From a virus: DNA of 64,000 nucleotides. A program made the translations under genes and the position numbers. The stretch spans positions 26,161-90,160 of IMG/VR virus record IMGVR_UViG_3300028837_001734. One strand, 5' to 3'. Of the stretch, positions 54,405 through 63,820 are shown in pieces (position 1 is the stretch's first letter; each line of letters opens with the position of its first letter). Below the pieces are notes generated by a model. It was not told the DNA's origin. It was given only the letters and a program-made list of their open reading frames with translations, and ran no database searches.

Positions 54405-54973
54405 ATTTAAAAGAATATCAAATAGCAGCCAGATCAACTGCTGTCTATTTAGACAAACCAGGCAGTAATATGATATATCCAGCATTAGGGCTAATTGGTG
54501 AATGCGGAGAAGTAGCAGAAAAAACCAAAAAATTGATCAGAGACGATGATTGGAATATGACAGATGATCGTAAAGCTGCCATTGCTAAAGAATTAGGTGA
54601 TTGTATGTGGTATTGTGCAAATATTTGTTGTGATACCAACCATGACATCCAAATGATACACGGAATGTGTGGCTATTCTACTATACAAAAGATCAAAGGA
54701 TTACATCTATTACAGATAGTATTGCATATAAATAGGTACGCTAATTTCGTAGCATATTCTTTAGAAAAATGGCATTATCAAGATCAATGCAATCTTACTA
54801 TGGCCAGAAATCACATAGGCTTACCAAACGATCTATCTCATGTATTAACATGTATAGAAGAACTAGCCAGACGTCTCGGATTCACATTAGAAGATATCTA
54901 TACAGCAAATATCAATAATTTATTAGGGCGTAAAAAAAGAGGTACAATACACGGGGATGGTGATAATAGATAA
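54401..54973 (+). CDS. MazG-like NTP pyrophosphohydrolase
   Basis: 'LGLIGECGEVAEK.KK', 'KELGDCMWY'; degenerate second half; 'RG.I.GDGDNR' end. Confidence 0.88.
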   Translation: MNLKEYQIAARSTAVYLDKPGSNMIYPALGLIGECGEVAEKTKKLIRDDDWNMTDDRKAAIAKELGDCMWYCANICCDTNHDIQMIHGMCGYSTIQKIKGLHLLQIVLHINRYANFVAYSLEKWHYQDQCNLTMARNHIGLPNDLSHVLTCIEELARRLGFTLEDIYTANINNLLGRKKRGTIHGDGDNR

Positions 54974-54978
54974 TTTTG

Positions 54979-54985
54979 GTGTATA
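54979..54985 (+). promoter_or_regulatory. Phage promoter motif GTGTATAA
   Basis: TTTTGGTGTATAATT upstream of Nudix. Confidence 0.6.
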
Positions 54986-55018
54986 ATTATATGGTCTCCT
55001 ACCGATTGGAGGAGTATC

Positions 55019-55459
55019 ATGAAAAAAAAAGTTGTCTGGGTCGTTATACCGCGAAATGACAGATTCTTGCTGGCTCAAAGAGCTTTAGATGATTGTGCCG
55101 GTGGCACTTGGACTTTTCCTGGTGGGAAAGTAGATAATGAAGACAAAACACCAATAGAGGCAGCAAGGAGAGAATTAAAAGAAGAAGTAGGACTTGTAGG
55201 AACTAGATTCCGAAAATTATACGGTATAGACCTGGGTAATTATAATACCCAGGTTTTTTTATGCGATTCATGGATCGGTCAACCATTACCATCATGTAAA
55301 GATATAATAGGTATTGGTTGGTTTACATTACCAGAAATACATATATTCAACAAGAGTCTATTTCCATTTGTTGATGAAACATTAATGTATTTCACATATT
55401 TATTACAACATTACAGAAATCATCATGACGAATGGCACGATCGATGGGAGGATGTGTGA
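55019..55459 (+). CDS. Nudix hydrolase (MutT-like)
   Basis: Nudix box 'FPGGKVDNEDKTPIEAARRELKEEVGL'. Confidence 0.93.
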   Translation: MKKKVVWVVIPRNDRFLLAQRALDDCAGGTWTFPGGKVDNEDKTPIEAARRELKEEVGLVGTRFRKLYGIDLGNYNTQVFLCDSWIGQPLPSCKDIIGIGWFTLPEIHIFNKSLFPFVDETLMYFTYLLQHYRNHHDEWHDRWEDV

Positions 55460-55718
55460 TGATATGGCCAAAGCAACGAAACCAGACTATGTCCAGCTAT
55501 TCGAAGACTTGTTATGGGCTAACTTACCCAGGAGCTGGATGATTAAGACCACTTTTTTCAATCGCGTATTATATGTCTCTATCTTTATACAAAACGCTGA
55601 TAGTATCGAAATCCAAAAGATACGACGTAGCTTCAAGACATCTATTATTAAAGCAAGATTAGACGATATCCACGGAATGGCATCAGATTGTATCAATGAA
55701 ATGATCCATAACGGATAG
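55425..55718 (+). CDS. Hypothetical protein (start uncertain)
   Basis: ORF in plus-strand run. Confidence 0.55.
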   Translation: MTNGTIDGRMCDDMAKATKPDYVQLFEDLLWANLPRSWMIKTTFFNRVLYVSIFIQNADSIEIQKIRRSFKTSIIKARLDDIHGMASDCINEMIHNG

Positions 55719-55727
55719 GATAATGAT

Positions 55728-56141
55728 ATGAAAACAATCAAATGCGCATGGTGTGATAAAATATTCGAAAAATCCACTAAAAAGTTCAACCAAACTGAAA
55801 AACTCGGACAAAGACACGCATGTTCCAGAACCTGCGCATCAAAACTAACAAATGAAGAACGACGTTGTATACCATCAACAAAAAATGCAGAAAAAACCAG
55901 AAGAGATAAAGAAAAATTTCCAGAAAAAGATAAAGCTAGATCAATAGTTAGAAAAGCAATAAAAAATGGTACGTTGATTCCATTAACCGAATGCGAAATA
56001 TGTGGAGATTTCGAGGATATTGAAGCACATCATCCAGATCATAACAGACCATTATTGTTATTATATGTATGCAAAAAGTGCCACACATATGCAGATTCTC
56101 AACCAGATAAATTAGAAAACTTGTCAATTGATTATTCATAG
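55728..56141 (+). CDS. HNH endonuclease
   Basis: 'CEICG....EAHHPDHNRP......CKKCH' plus N-terminal CxxC..CS..C. Confidence 0.8.
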   Translation: MKTIKCAWCDKIFEKSTKKFNQTEKLGQRHACSRTCASKLTNEERRCIPSTKNAEKTRRDKEKFPEKDKARSIVRKAIKNGTLIPLTECEICGDFEDIEAHHPDHNRPLLLLYVCKKCHTYADSQPDKLENLSIDYS

Positions 56142-56148
56142 AGTTGTT

Positions 56149-56155
56149 GTGTATA
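56149..56155 (+). promoter_or_regulatory. Phage promoter motif GTGTATAA
   Basis: TTGTGTATAATA upstream of HNH gene. Confidence 0.6.
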
Positions 56156-56180
56156 ATAATAATAGGAGTGATATTAAAAA

Positions 56181-56825
56181 ATGTTAAATCTGATTAGACA
56201 AAAATTCGGAAGATTAAAAGTAACATCGTTTGTGAGAACAAATGAATCCAGACAACGAGAATGGTTATGTCAATGTGATTGTGGGGGAAATAAAACCGTC
56301 ACAACAGGAGATTTAAACAGCGGCAATGTCAAAAGTTGTGGATGCTTGCGACAATCAGGCAATCAAACCAAACATGGCCATGCCCGAAACGGTAAACCAA
56401 CAAGAACTTATAAGATATGGGATTCAGTAAAGCAAAGATGTCTCAATCGCAAAAATAAAGATTACGAAAATTATGGCGGTAGAGGTATTCGAATTTGTAG
56501 GCGATGGTTAAAATTTGAAAATTTTTTAAGAGATATGAAAGAGTATCCAACTGGTCACTCGATAGACCGAATTGATAATAACAAATCATATTGCAAAGGA
56601 AATTGTAGATGGGCAACACCCAAAGAACAAGCAAGAAATAAAAAAAATAATCACACAATATCATTCGATGGAAAAACACAATGCTTAACTGCCTGGGCAG
56701 AAGAGTACAATATTTTACCAAATACCCTATATATGAGGTTAAGCCAATATCGTTGGTCAGTAGAAAAAGCAATAAAAACACCAACAAGAAAGAAGGTTAA
56801 ATCTAGTGACAAAATTAAAGTATAA
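56181..56825 (+). CDS. HNH homing endonuclease
   Basis: 'WLCQCDCG', 'KSCGC', 'YGGRGI..C..W', 'SIDRIDN...Y...NCRWAT..EQ.RN'. Confidence 0.93.
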   Translation: MLNLIRQKFGRLKVTSFVRTNESRQREWLCQCDCGGNKTVTTGDLNSGNVKSCGCLRQSGNQTKHGHARNGKPTRTYKIWDSVKQRCLNRKNKDYENYGGRGIRICRRWLKFENFLRDMKEYPTGHSIDRIDNNKSYCKGNCRWATPKEQARNKKNNHTISFDGKTQCLTAWAEEYNILPNTLYMRLSQYRWSVEKAIKTPTRKKVKSSDKIKV

Positions 56826-57417
56826 AATACAAAAAGCATTATTTAGATTTATTGGGGACATTAAATGGCATGGTTGGCTACACCCTTTATGGATTACTAT
56901 TAACGCTAAATCTTTTATGCTCAAAGGAGAACACTACAGACAAGCGAAAAACATTATTCAACCTGGAGATATTTTAATAAGAAGATTCGAGGGATATTTA
57001 GACAAGATATTTATTCCTGGTTGGTGGAATCATGCAGGTATCTACATTGGTGATTATCAAGAACAAAAACATCGTGTCATTCACGCTATCAGTGATGGTG
57101 TCATCATAGATGATTTAATAGACTTTATGCGGACCGATCATATGATTGTCTTGCGCGGACCGAAAATAGCCCGAGGAGCAGCAATAGATTCTGCAAAAAT
57201 GGCATTAGGTAGTGATTATGACTTTGCTTTTAATTTCACAGAAAGCGTTAGATTCAGTTGTACAGAATTAGTTGACTATTGTTATTGTGGAGTATTGAAA
57301 GGCAAAAAAAGGTTTGGACGTATGACTATAGTCGCAGATGATATTGTCAATTGCAAAAATCTCACAGTAATCTGGGATTCAACAAATGGGAAACATGGAC
57401 CTTTGAAACAGACATAG
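56806..57417 (+). CDS. YiiX/YebB-like permuted papain (NlpC/P60) amidase
   Basis: 'QPGDIL', 'W.HAGIY', 'YDF.F', 'CTELV'. Confidence 0.85.
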   Translation: MTKLKYKIQKALFRFIGDIKWHGWLHPLWITINAKSFMLKGEHYRQAKNIIQPGDILIRRFEGYLDKIFIPGWWNHAGIYIGDYQEQKHRVIHAISDGVIIDDLIDFMRTDHMIVLRGPKIARGAAIDSAKMALGSDYDFAFNFTESVRFSCTELVDYCYCGVLKGKKRFGRMTIVADDIVNCKNLTVIWDSTNGKHGPLKQT

Positions 57418-57438
57418 CCAGACACCAAAAGGGGGGTA

Positions 57439-57726
57439 ATGGCAATGACGGATGATGACTTTCATAGAAAATTACGCGAACTGATAAAAGAAATCATCAA
57501 TTTACCCGACGAACAAGCTAAAGGAGTATTATCATCTGCTGCTAAAGAAGCTCAAACTATGAAAGATCTTGCCAGTACACTAGATAAAGTCAACAAAGCA
57601 TTGTTGGATCTGAAAATTTGTATAAAATATCTATTATTCGATCTAGAAGCGACAAGAAGAGAACGAGATGTGTTACGAAAATTGCTCGATGATGATTCTC
57701 CGAATAAGGCTGAAGGTGGAATGTAA
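57439..57726 (+). CDS. Coiled-coil protein resembling a conserved planctomycete small protein
   Basis: 'IKYLLFDLEATRRE...LRKLL' motif (recognition from memory, unverified). Confidence 0.6.
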   Translation: MAMTDDDFHRKLRELIKEIINLPDEQAKGVLSSAAKEAQTMKDLASTLDKVNKALLDLKICIKYLLFDLEATRRERDVLRKLLDDDSPNKAEGGM

Positions 57727-57870
57727 TGCTAAGAAACCCGATACATAGAGCCATGATTATGGTATCTATCATCTTTATGGCATTATGCTTTCTATCCTGT
57801 GATACAACTCATGTACAATATCTATATCGACAATATATCACACCATGGACTACCGCTGTAGAAACATATA

Positions 57871-58398
57871 TTAACTACCATTGTGGGGATCAAAATCAGC
57901 CATTTCCCCATCAACTCCATACGGCAAACGACATGTATCCAAATTGATCTGCGATAACCATATACCTTCTTTGTCTGGCTTATATAAAATTGCAGAAGCA
58001 GGTTTATCACATGTAAAAGCTACCAATGCTTCAGTATTTGCACCAAGAGATTCCCTCCACCCCGGCAATAATGCAATAGCTCTGCATTTATGGATTACAG
58101 CATTTAGATCAATCTGCATACACTTAGCGAATGACCATTCTGGATGAATTTCATGCTCGGCTGGATTCCAAACCGTAAAGCCCTCATTTCTTAACTGCTG
58201 AGCAGCTTTCATGAATGCAGGGATATTATTATCTGGTAAGCCTCTCATAGGTCCGGCTAGATAAAAATCATATTGTATAATCTCTTTGTTATAGCATTTG
58301 TGTTTGTATTTAATCATCACAATAATTAATTCGAACAACACAATCGCAATACCAAACATCACCAAAACAAAAAGTGTACAAATATCAATCAAACTCAT
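57871..58398 (-). CDS. DUF4406 / nucleoside deoxyribosyltransferase-like protein with N-terminal TM segment
   Basis: 'YLAGPMRG', 'AF..AA..LR..G..V.NPAE', 'LPGW.ES.GA..E'. Confidence 0.8.
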   Translation of the reverse strand: MSLIDICTLFVLVMFGIAIVLFELIIVMIKYKHKCYNKEIIQYDFYLAGPMRGLPDNNIPAFMKAAQQLRNEGFTVWNPAEHEIHPEWSFAKCMQIDLNAVIHKCRAIALLPGWRESLGANTEALVAFTCDKPASAILYKPDKEGIWLSQINLDTCRLPYGVDGEMADFDPHNGS

Positions 58399-58471
58399 AA
58401 TAGACTCCTACCACATAACCAAAGTAAGAATGACTATCCACCATAATATACAAATCCAATGCCATGTTTCT

Positions 58472-59266
58472 TTACGGAGTGGCACGATAATCAGCCCATT
58501 CTTCCAAAGCTAATTGACTAATACTTCTGACAATCGGTTCCAAATTACAAGAATATAAACCTGCACAGCTAAAACTATTAATCTCTAACACACGAAAACC
58601 ATCTGGAGTTTCAGCAATGTCAACAGTATATACAAGATCAGGGCTCCATTTATGCGTGGCTACTTTAATAGCCAGACACAAAGCTAAAGTAGAGTAATCT
58701 ACATCTTCAATTGGCAAATACTGACAACCAGCTACTACCTTGTTTCCACAAATCACAAATCTCCACTCGTTAAAAATAAGTTGTGGATGAGCTGCCAAAA
58801 CCAACGTCTCTGGACCAACTGAATCCAGTAACGATTGGATTTTGTGTCTATCAGTGACATAGCCAGTAAAAGGTTTAGTACCACTATCAGGTCTTACGAA
58901 AAGTTCACTACCAGGATAAACAACAAAATCGTCCCATCTTCGAACTAATTCAGCTAATGGCAATAATACGCAATCTTGATTTAACATCAATTCGCCAAAA
59001 TGTGCATAGTAGGTACTACATTTGTAACTGTTAACATTCCGCCAAACTCCAGGTACAAAAGGGGCTCGCCTATGAATATCTCCGGTAAAACTTATATCCC
59101 CATAACACACAATACAATCTTGGCCTGTATATGGTGAAAAATCAAAACACTTACCAAAATCATATTCTGCTTTAACCACATCCATGTCTTGTCTCAATAC
59201 CTCTGCCATTAACGGACCGGTATCGATACCATCTATATTACTTTGAATCATCCAGGTAGGTTTCAT
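58472..59266 (-). CDS. ATP-grasp protein (R2K/DUF4343-like)
   Basis: 'FVRPDSG.K.F.G', 'EWRF', 'VDIA.T..G...LEINSFSCAGLY'. Confidence 0.82.
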   Translation of the reverse strand: MKPTWMIQSNIDGIDTGPLMAEVLRQDMDVVKAEYDFGKCFDFSPYTGQDCIVCYGDISFTGDIHRRAPFVPGVWRNVNSYKCSTYYAHFGELMLNQDCVLLPLAELVRRWDDFVVYPGSELFVRPDSGTKPFTGYVTDRHKIQSLLDSVGPETLVLAAHPQLIFNEWRFVICGNKVVAGCQYLPIEDVDYSTLALCLAIKVATHKWSPDLVYTVDIAETPDGFRVLEINSFSCAGLYSCNLEPIVRSISQLALEEWADYRATP

Positions 59267-59505
59267 ACAAATACCGTATTCAATAAAAGACGAACTGCAT
59301 ATACACGAGCTTCACGTTCTGCAGTTTCTTGAGATTCACCTTGTCTACGTAAGAATTGATATAATAGAGATACAATCCTGCGATCATCAGATGGTGTAGA
59401 ATCAGTAGAGGTTTCGTCGTCAGTCAAAGGTCCGTATCGACATATCTGTTCGATACGCCGACACAACCCCATTAACACCTCTTCAGCTTCGCTTCGAGTC
59501 AGCAT
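59263..59505 (-). CDS. Hypothetical protein
   Basis: 80 aa; overlapping run. Confidence 0.55.
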   Translation of the reverse strand: MLTRSEAEEVLMGLCRRIEQICRYGPLTDDETSTDSTPSDDRRIVSLLYQFLRRQGESQETAEREARVYAVRLLLNTVFV

Positions 59506-59827
59506 CCCTTTTAGCTTTCAGTTTAGCCAAAATATCTGGTGGGATCCACGATCCACCTGTTGCAGCCATTCGTTCTATTTCCATCTCTGGATCATCTTTC
59601 GGTTCCCAATCACGTTTTGTAATTAAATGATCAAGATATGCTCGATGATGTTCAGAAAGAATAGCAGCTAATATAGTACTTTCAGATACTAGGCAGGTAT
59701 CCCACACCATACAACCACCACCAACTTCATCAGTATAATACGTATAGCCACCAGCTTCATTTGGTTTGCGAAATAAGTGTGCTCCGTTTGGTAAACAACC
59801 TAAATCAATCATTCCATCATTCATCAT
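59483..59827 (-). CDS. Hypothetical protein
   Basis: 114 aa; GGAGG RBS. Confidence 0.6.
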   Translation of the reverse strand: MMNDGMIDLGCLPNGAHLFRKPNEAGGYTYYTDEVGGGCMVWDTCLVSESTILAAILSEHHRAYLDHLITKRDWEPKDDPEMEIERMAATGGSWIPPDILAKLKAKRDADSKRS

Positions 59828-60164
59828 CTACCTCCATTTTTATTACTGGTTTAATCTTAGATGAATCTTTGATGACCAACCATGCAACCTCACTCTTTAA
59901 AAGATCAAATTTTTGATTGGGATCTAATGCTGCTGTAAAACGGTACATTGTTTCCATCGCTGGTGGAAGCATGCCGGAACAACTTGATTCTGATGGTAAA
60001 ATACAAGCAGGCGGCAAAAACTCTAACAACTCTCTGTTATCCCGTGTCCAACTACCTACGTAAATGCATAATGTCGATGATTCAACATACCCATCATCAT
60101 CAAGTGAAACAATCGAACAACTATTATTGACAAATAAATCTTGTTTATCTCTTGTTACTGGCAC
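59817..60164 (-). CDS. Hypothetical protein
   Basis: 115 aa; GGAG RBS. Confidence 0.55.
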   Translation of the reverse strand: MPVTRDKQDLFVNNSCSIVSLDDDGYVESSTLCIYVGSWTRDNRELLEFLPPACILPSESSCSGMLPPAMETMYRFTAALDPNQKFDLLKSEVAWLVIKDSSKIKPVIKMEVDDE

Positions 60165-61381
60165 AATTGCTTCTCCACAACAGAACCATCTTCAATTATA
60201 ACCTGACATTCATCCCCTTGTGATACACGCTCAATCCACACCTGAGCTTCAAAATCTTCAGCCATTTCCGCTACCATAGCTAGATTCTTTTTGTCAAGTA
60301 ATGAACCCTCGCGTATCAATAAAATCCTAAGCTCTGGATTCATAGCTAATCCCATAGCAACCGATGTGCGAATCTGTTGTGATGTAGAACATTGATCGAA
60401 TGGTATTCCATCAATAGTAACACCATCGTCGTCGAATGCTAAACCATCAACCGGAAAATCTGCTTCTTCCAATGCTTTGGCCTTATATTCTTCAATCTCC
60501 TGCAGTTTCCTTGTTAAACCCTGAGATTCTCTCCGCAATGGACTGAGCTGACTCTCTATCATAGTACGTTCTTTCATAATACGTACTTTACTATTAATTG
60601 CATCTGCTTGATCAATACGTTGTTTCAAAGCATCTGTATTTATTGGTCCAAATGTTTGAGCCAAATCTTTTCTATTAGCAATCTGATCTCTTACCTCAGC
60701 AATCTGTGCATCCAGTTCCTCTCTCTTAATAAGAAGTCGTTGAAGCTGGTCTTCGCTAGTTTGAATGGCTTCAAGATCTACCTTATGATTAGTATTCTGT
60801 CTTATAGCATCAGCATATTGATTAGACAATTCGCTCACAGATATTTCTTTGTCTGGCACATCGTCAAAACATTCCATCCCATCTAATCTAGTCTTGAGAG
60901 CTTTACCTTCTTTGTTAACATCAGTCCGTTTTGTAAATACTGCAGAATACTCCTGATCCTGTTCCGCAAAATCAAGACCAACGACCTTCTTAAGTGTAGC
61001 CAAACGTGTCTTAGGATCCATCCTGGCAAAATGGAGAGGATCAAATGTCAGATTACCCACAAGCTTGTCTAACAATGTCTGCGGACTTGGTTGTGGTTTA
61101 CCATCTTTACCCTTAACGACAAGTCTAGATCCACTAGCTGTAAACGTACGAATAACCTCGATGTCTCCAAGATCGACAACAACACGAGCCTTCTTCTGAC
61201 CCTTTCTTATAGGCATCTCCGGTATGCTAGTTTGACCACTGAGAGCATATTCAATACTGTCTAGCACACAACTTTTACCTTGGGCATTATCACCACCTAT
61301 AATAACAATAGAACCATCAGGCTCTACGTTGACAACTTTCAGGTGTTTAATATTTTCAATTTCAAGATTAATTATCTTCAT
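60155..61381 (-). CDS. SMC/RecF-like ABC ATPase (AAA_23-type)
   Basis: Walker A 'GDNAQGKS', coiled coil, degenerate signature 'CSTSQ', Walker B/D-loop 'LLIREGSLLD'. Confidence 0.85.
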   Translation of the reverse strand: MKIINLEIENIKHLKVVNVEPDGSIVIIGGDNAQGKSCVLDSIEYALSGQTSIPEMPIRKGQKKARVVVDLGDIEVIRTFTASGSRLVVKGKDGKPQPSPQTLLDKLVGNLTFDPLHFARMDPKTRLATLKKVVGLDFAEQDQEYSAVFTKRTDVNKEGKALKTRLDGMECFDDVPDKEISVSELSNQYADAIRQNTNHKVDLEAIQTSEDQLQRLLIKREELDAQIAEVRDQIANRKDLAQTFGPINTDALKQRIDQADAINSKVRIMKERTMIESQLSPLRRESQGLTRKLQEIEEYKAKALEEADFPVDGLAFDDDGVTIDGIPFDQCSTSQQIRTSVAMGLAMNPELRILLIREGSLLDKKNLAMVAEMAEDFEAQVWIERVSQGDECQVIIEDGSVVEKQLCQ

Positions 61382-61448
61382 CGTTTTTCTCCAATCAAGT
61401 GCCGAACAATTCGGTATTCCCCGAATCCTTGGGGAACTACACTTGATC

Positions 61449-63584
61449 CTACTTGCGGATCTGACTAAATCTCATAAACCCGAGACCCATCAACATAGCA
61501 ACAACCGTAAGACCACCGAAAGCACCACATGGTCCCTTAGGACTCTCTGGCTCAGCTTCAGTAATTTCAACTGGCAATGGTTCAGCACCAATACCACAAT
61601 CATAGACCAAAACAGATGAACCAACACATTTGATTATGCATGTACCATCTAGGTTGTCAAGAACGTCACAAGAAACACCATCTTGACCAGATATACCAGG
61701 ATCACCCTTTGGACCTTGACCACCAGGTAAACCATCGTGTCCAGGAGGACCTTGAGGACCTTGCTCTCCATCTTTTCCATTTTCGACAAGAACACGAGAA
61801 TCGCCACAATATATCATTATACCAATTTCAACAACTTCTGTATAACATGAAGTTCCATCAATGCCATCTGCACCATCAGAACCATCACAAATAACAGTAG
61901 TCGTCTCTTCGCCACAATGAATAACGGCACAACCTTCTTTTTCTTCAACATAACATGACTCACCATCTCGTCCACTACCACCAGTGGGACCACGATCTCC
62001 AGCAGTACCATCCTGCCCACTGACACCATCCTGTCCATGACAATCACCAGTGTCAATTAATCCATCACCGTTAACATCCTCAGTAAAAGCACAAGCGTCA
62101 ACAGCTTCTTCGTATGGCATTTGAATAACAGACGTAAGATAATCGAGACAACTCATTACTGTCTCACACAAAAAACCATCATATTCTTTCTGTGCAATTA
62201 AAATAGCTTTGGTCTGAGTACCATCTGGTGTTTCGCATGGATACTGATAAATAAATTCATCAGGACACTCACCATCGAATAGTCGAAAAACGACAGGATC
62301 ACAAAAATCCTTAACATGATTACCGTTAAGGTCCCAACAATCTATCCCATCCCGCACTTGTGCCTCAGTCTCACCGCAATGAATAATTGCTCCCCATGGT
62401 GTTTTTTCGACCCAACAAGAAGTACCATCTACACCATCTTCACCATCTTCACCATTACAAATAATAACAGGAGGAGTTTCCCCACCACAGTAAATAATAG
62501 CACATTCACCATCTTGTTCGACATAACAAGATTCACCCGGATCACCTTGAGGACCAATGTCCCCAGCAGGACCAATATCACCAGGAGGACCTTGTTCACC
62601 ATCACAAATCGTCACAAACGTACCATCTTCACATAAAATTAATGCACAGTCATAAAGTTGTTGGACAGTACATGATGTTCCCGGAATCCCCTGTGGACCC
62701 TGCTCTCCATCTTGCCCATCACAAATAGTAGCAGTAGTTTCTTCGCCACAATAAACAATAGCACAATCCCCTTCTTGCTCTACAGTACAAGATTCACCAG
62801 GATCGCCTTGTGGACCAGGAGGACCACTACAAATCATAGCAGATGTACCATCCTCGCAAACAATTGTAGCACATAAATCAATCTGTTCTACAGTACAAGA
62901 TGTACCTGGAACACCCTGAGGACCCTGCGGGCCAGGATCACCCTGTGCTCCATCTTCACCATCCTCCCCATCCTCTCCATTACATACAACCGCTCTAGAT
63001 CCATCATCACAATAGATATATGCACATTCTCCGTCTTGCTCAACAGTACAAGAAGAACCATCCTTTCCAGCAGGTCCTTGACAATCTAAAGCGTCACATT
63101 GCTGGTCACGATTAACATCTTCCGTAGGATCACATTCATCATTTCCATTGAGATCCCAACAACTTAAACCATCTGCTCCATCTTCACAACAACATGTCAC
63201 TGTCAAGTCAACAGTTTGACTTTTCTGATGACTAGAACATTCATCTCTCGCGTAAGTCTTTACGATAATAGGGTAAACACCAGGTACAGCAGGAGCTACA
63301 ATATCAAAAGTTTCAGTGTATGTTAAAACTTGATTATTATTACTAACATAGTTATCATGATCATAACACACACCATTTATTGAGGTGCTATACCACTTTT
63401 TGGGCAAGTACGACTTACCATGCAACTCAACCTGAACTGCAACCTGTACGGTCTCATCAGGACAAGTAACACCAGGAGTCAACGTAACCGATTTAATGAT
63501 ATGATGACACGCTTTAGCAGTGCTCGGTGCCGCACCAATACAACAAATCGCTAACAAGCTAACAAACAGATTTCTCAAACTCAT
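61449..63584 (-). CDS. Secreted, membrane-anchored collagen-like protein with Cys-rich repeats
   Basis: Signal peptide; Gly-X-Y runs alternating with 9 'SC.VEQ...CA.I.C' units; two CWDLNGN...EDVN.D motifs; C-terminal PCG + TM + RK. Confidence 0.8.
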   Translation of the reverse strand: MSLRNLFVSLLAICCIGAAPSTAKACHHIIKSVTLTPGVTCPDETVQVAVQVELHGKSYLPKKWYSTSINGVCYDHDNYVSNNNQVLTYTETFDIVAPAVPGVYPIIVKTYARDECSSHQKSQTVDLTVTCCCEDGADGLSCWDLNGNDECDPTEDVNRDQQCDALDCQGPAGKDGSSCTVEQDGECAYIYCDDGSRAVVCNGEDGEDGEDGAQGDPGPQGPQGVPGTSCTVEQIDLCATIVCEDGTSAMICSGPPGPQGDPGESCTVEQEGDCAIVYCGEETTATICDGQDGEQGPQGIPGTSCTVQQLYDCALILCEDGTFVTICDGEQGPPGDIGPAGDIGPQGDPGESCYVEQDGECAIIYCGGETPPVIICNGEDGEDGVDGTSCWVEKTPWGAIIHCGETEAQVRDGIDCWDLNGNHVKDFCDPVVFRLFDGECPDEFIYQYPCETPDGTQTKAILIAQKEYDGFLCETVMSCLDYLTSVIQMPYEEAVDACAFTEDVNGDGLIDTGDCHGQDGVSGQDGTAGDRGPTGGSGRDGESCYVEEKEGCAVIHCGEETTTVICDGSDGADGIDGTSCYTEVVEIGIMIYCGDSRVLVENGKDGEQGPQGPPGHDGLPGGQGPKGDPGISGQDGVSCDVLDNLDGTCIIKCVGSSVLVYDCGIGAEPLPVEITEAEPESPKGPCGAFGGLTVVAMLMGLGFMRFSQIRK

Positions 63585-63594
63585 TAATATACTC

Positions 63595-63816
63595 CTACTT
63601 CAACCAACCACCACCAAAATTGTCACCGAGAGGTGCAATCGGAATAATAAAATCAAAGCCGTTGTTTAATTCGATTTCAACACCACCATACAAAGTTTCG
63701 CCGTTAAACACAGGACCCAAAGCCAGTTTCCATGCTTCGACCTGACAACCAGATCCGACAGTAAATAGAGAACAACCAGCCAATAGACTGATAGCAACGC
63801 GCTTCAATTTTCCCAT
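63595..63816 (-). CDS. Putative lipoprotein
   Basis: MGKLKR + hydrophobic stretch + 'GSGC'; GGAG RBS. Confidence 0.6.
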   Translation of the reverse strand: MGKLKRVAISLLAGCSLFTVGSGCQVEAWKLALGPVFNGETLYGGVEIELNNGFDFIIPIAPLGDNFGGGWLK

Positions 63817-63820
63817 AGTT

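Noticed and set aside
57726-57947. 73-aa plus-strand lipoprotein-like ORF
   Set aside because: Coupled start and FLSC lipobox are suggestive, but it overlaps the convergent DUF4406 gene by 77 nt; left uncalled.
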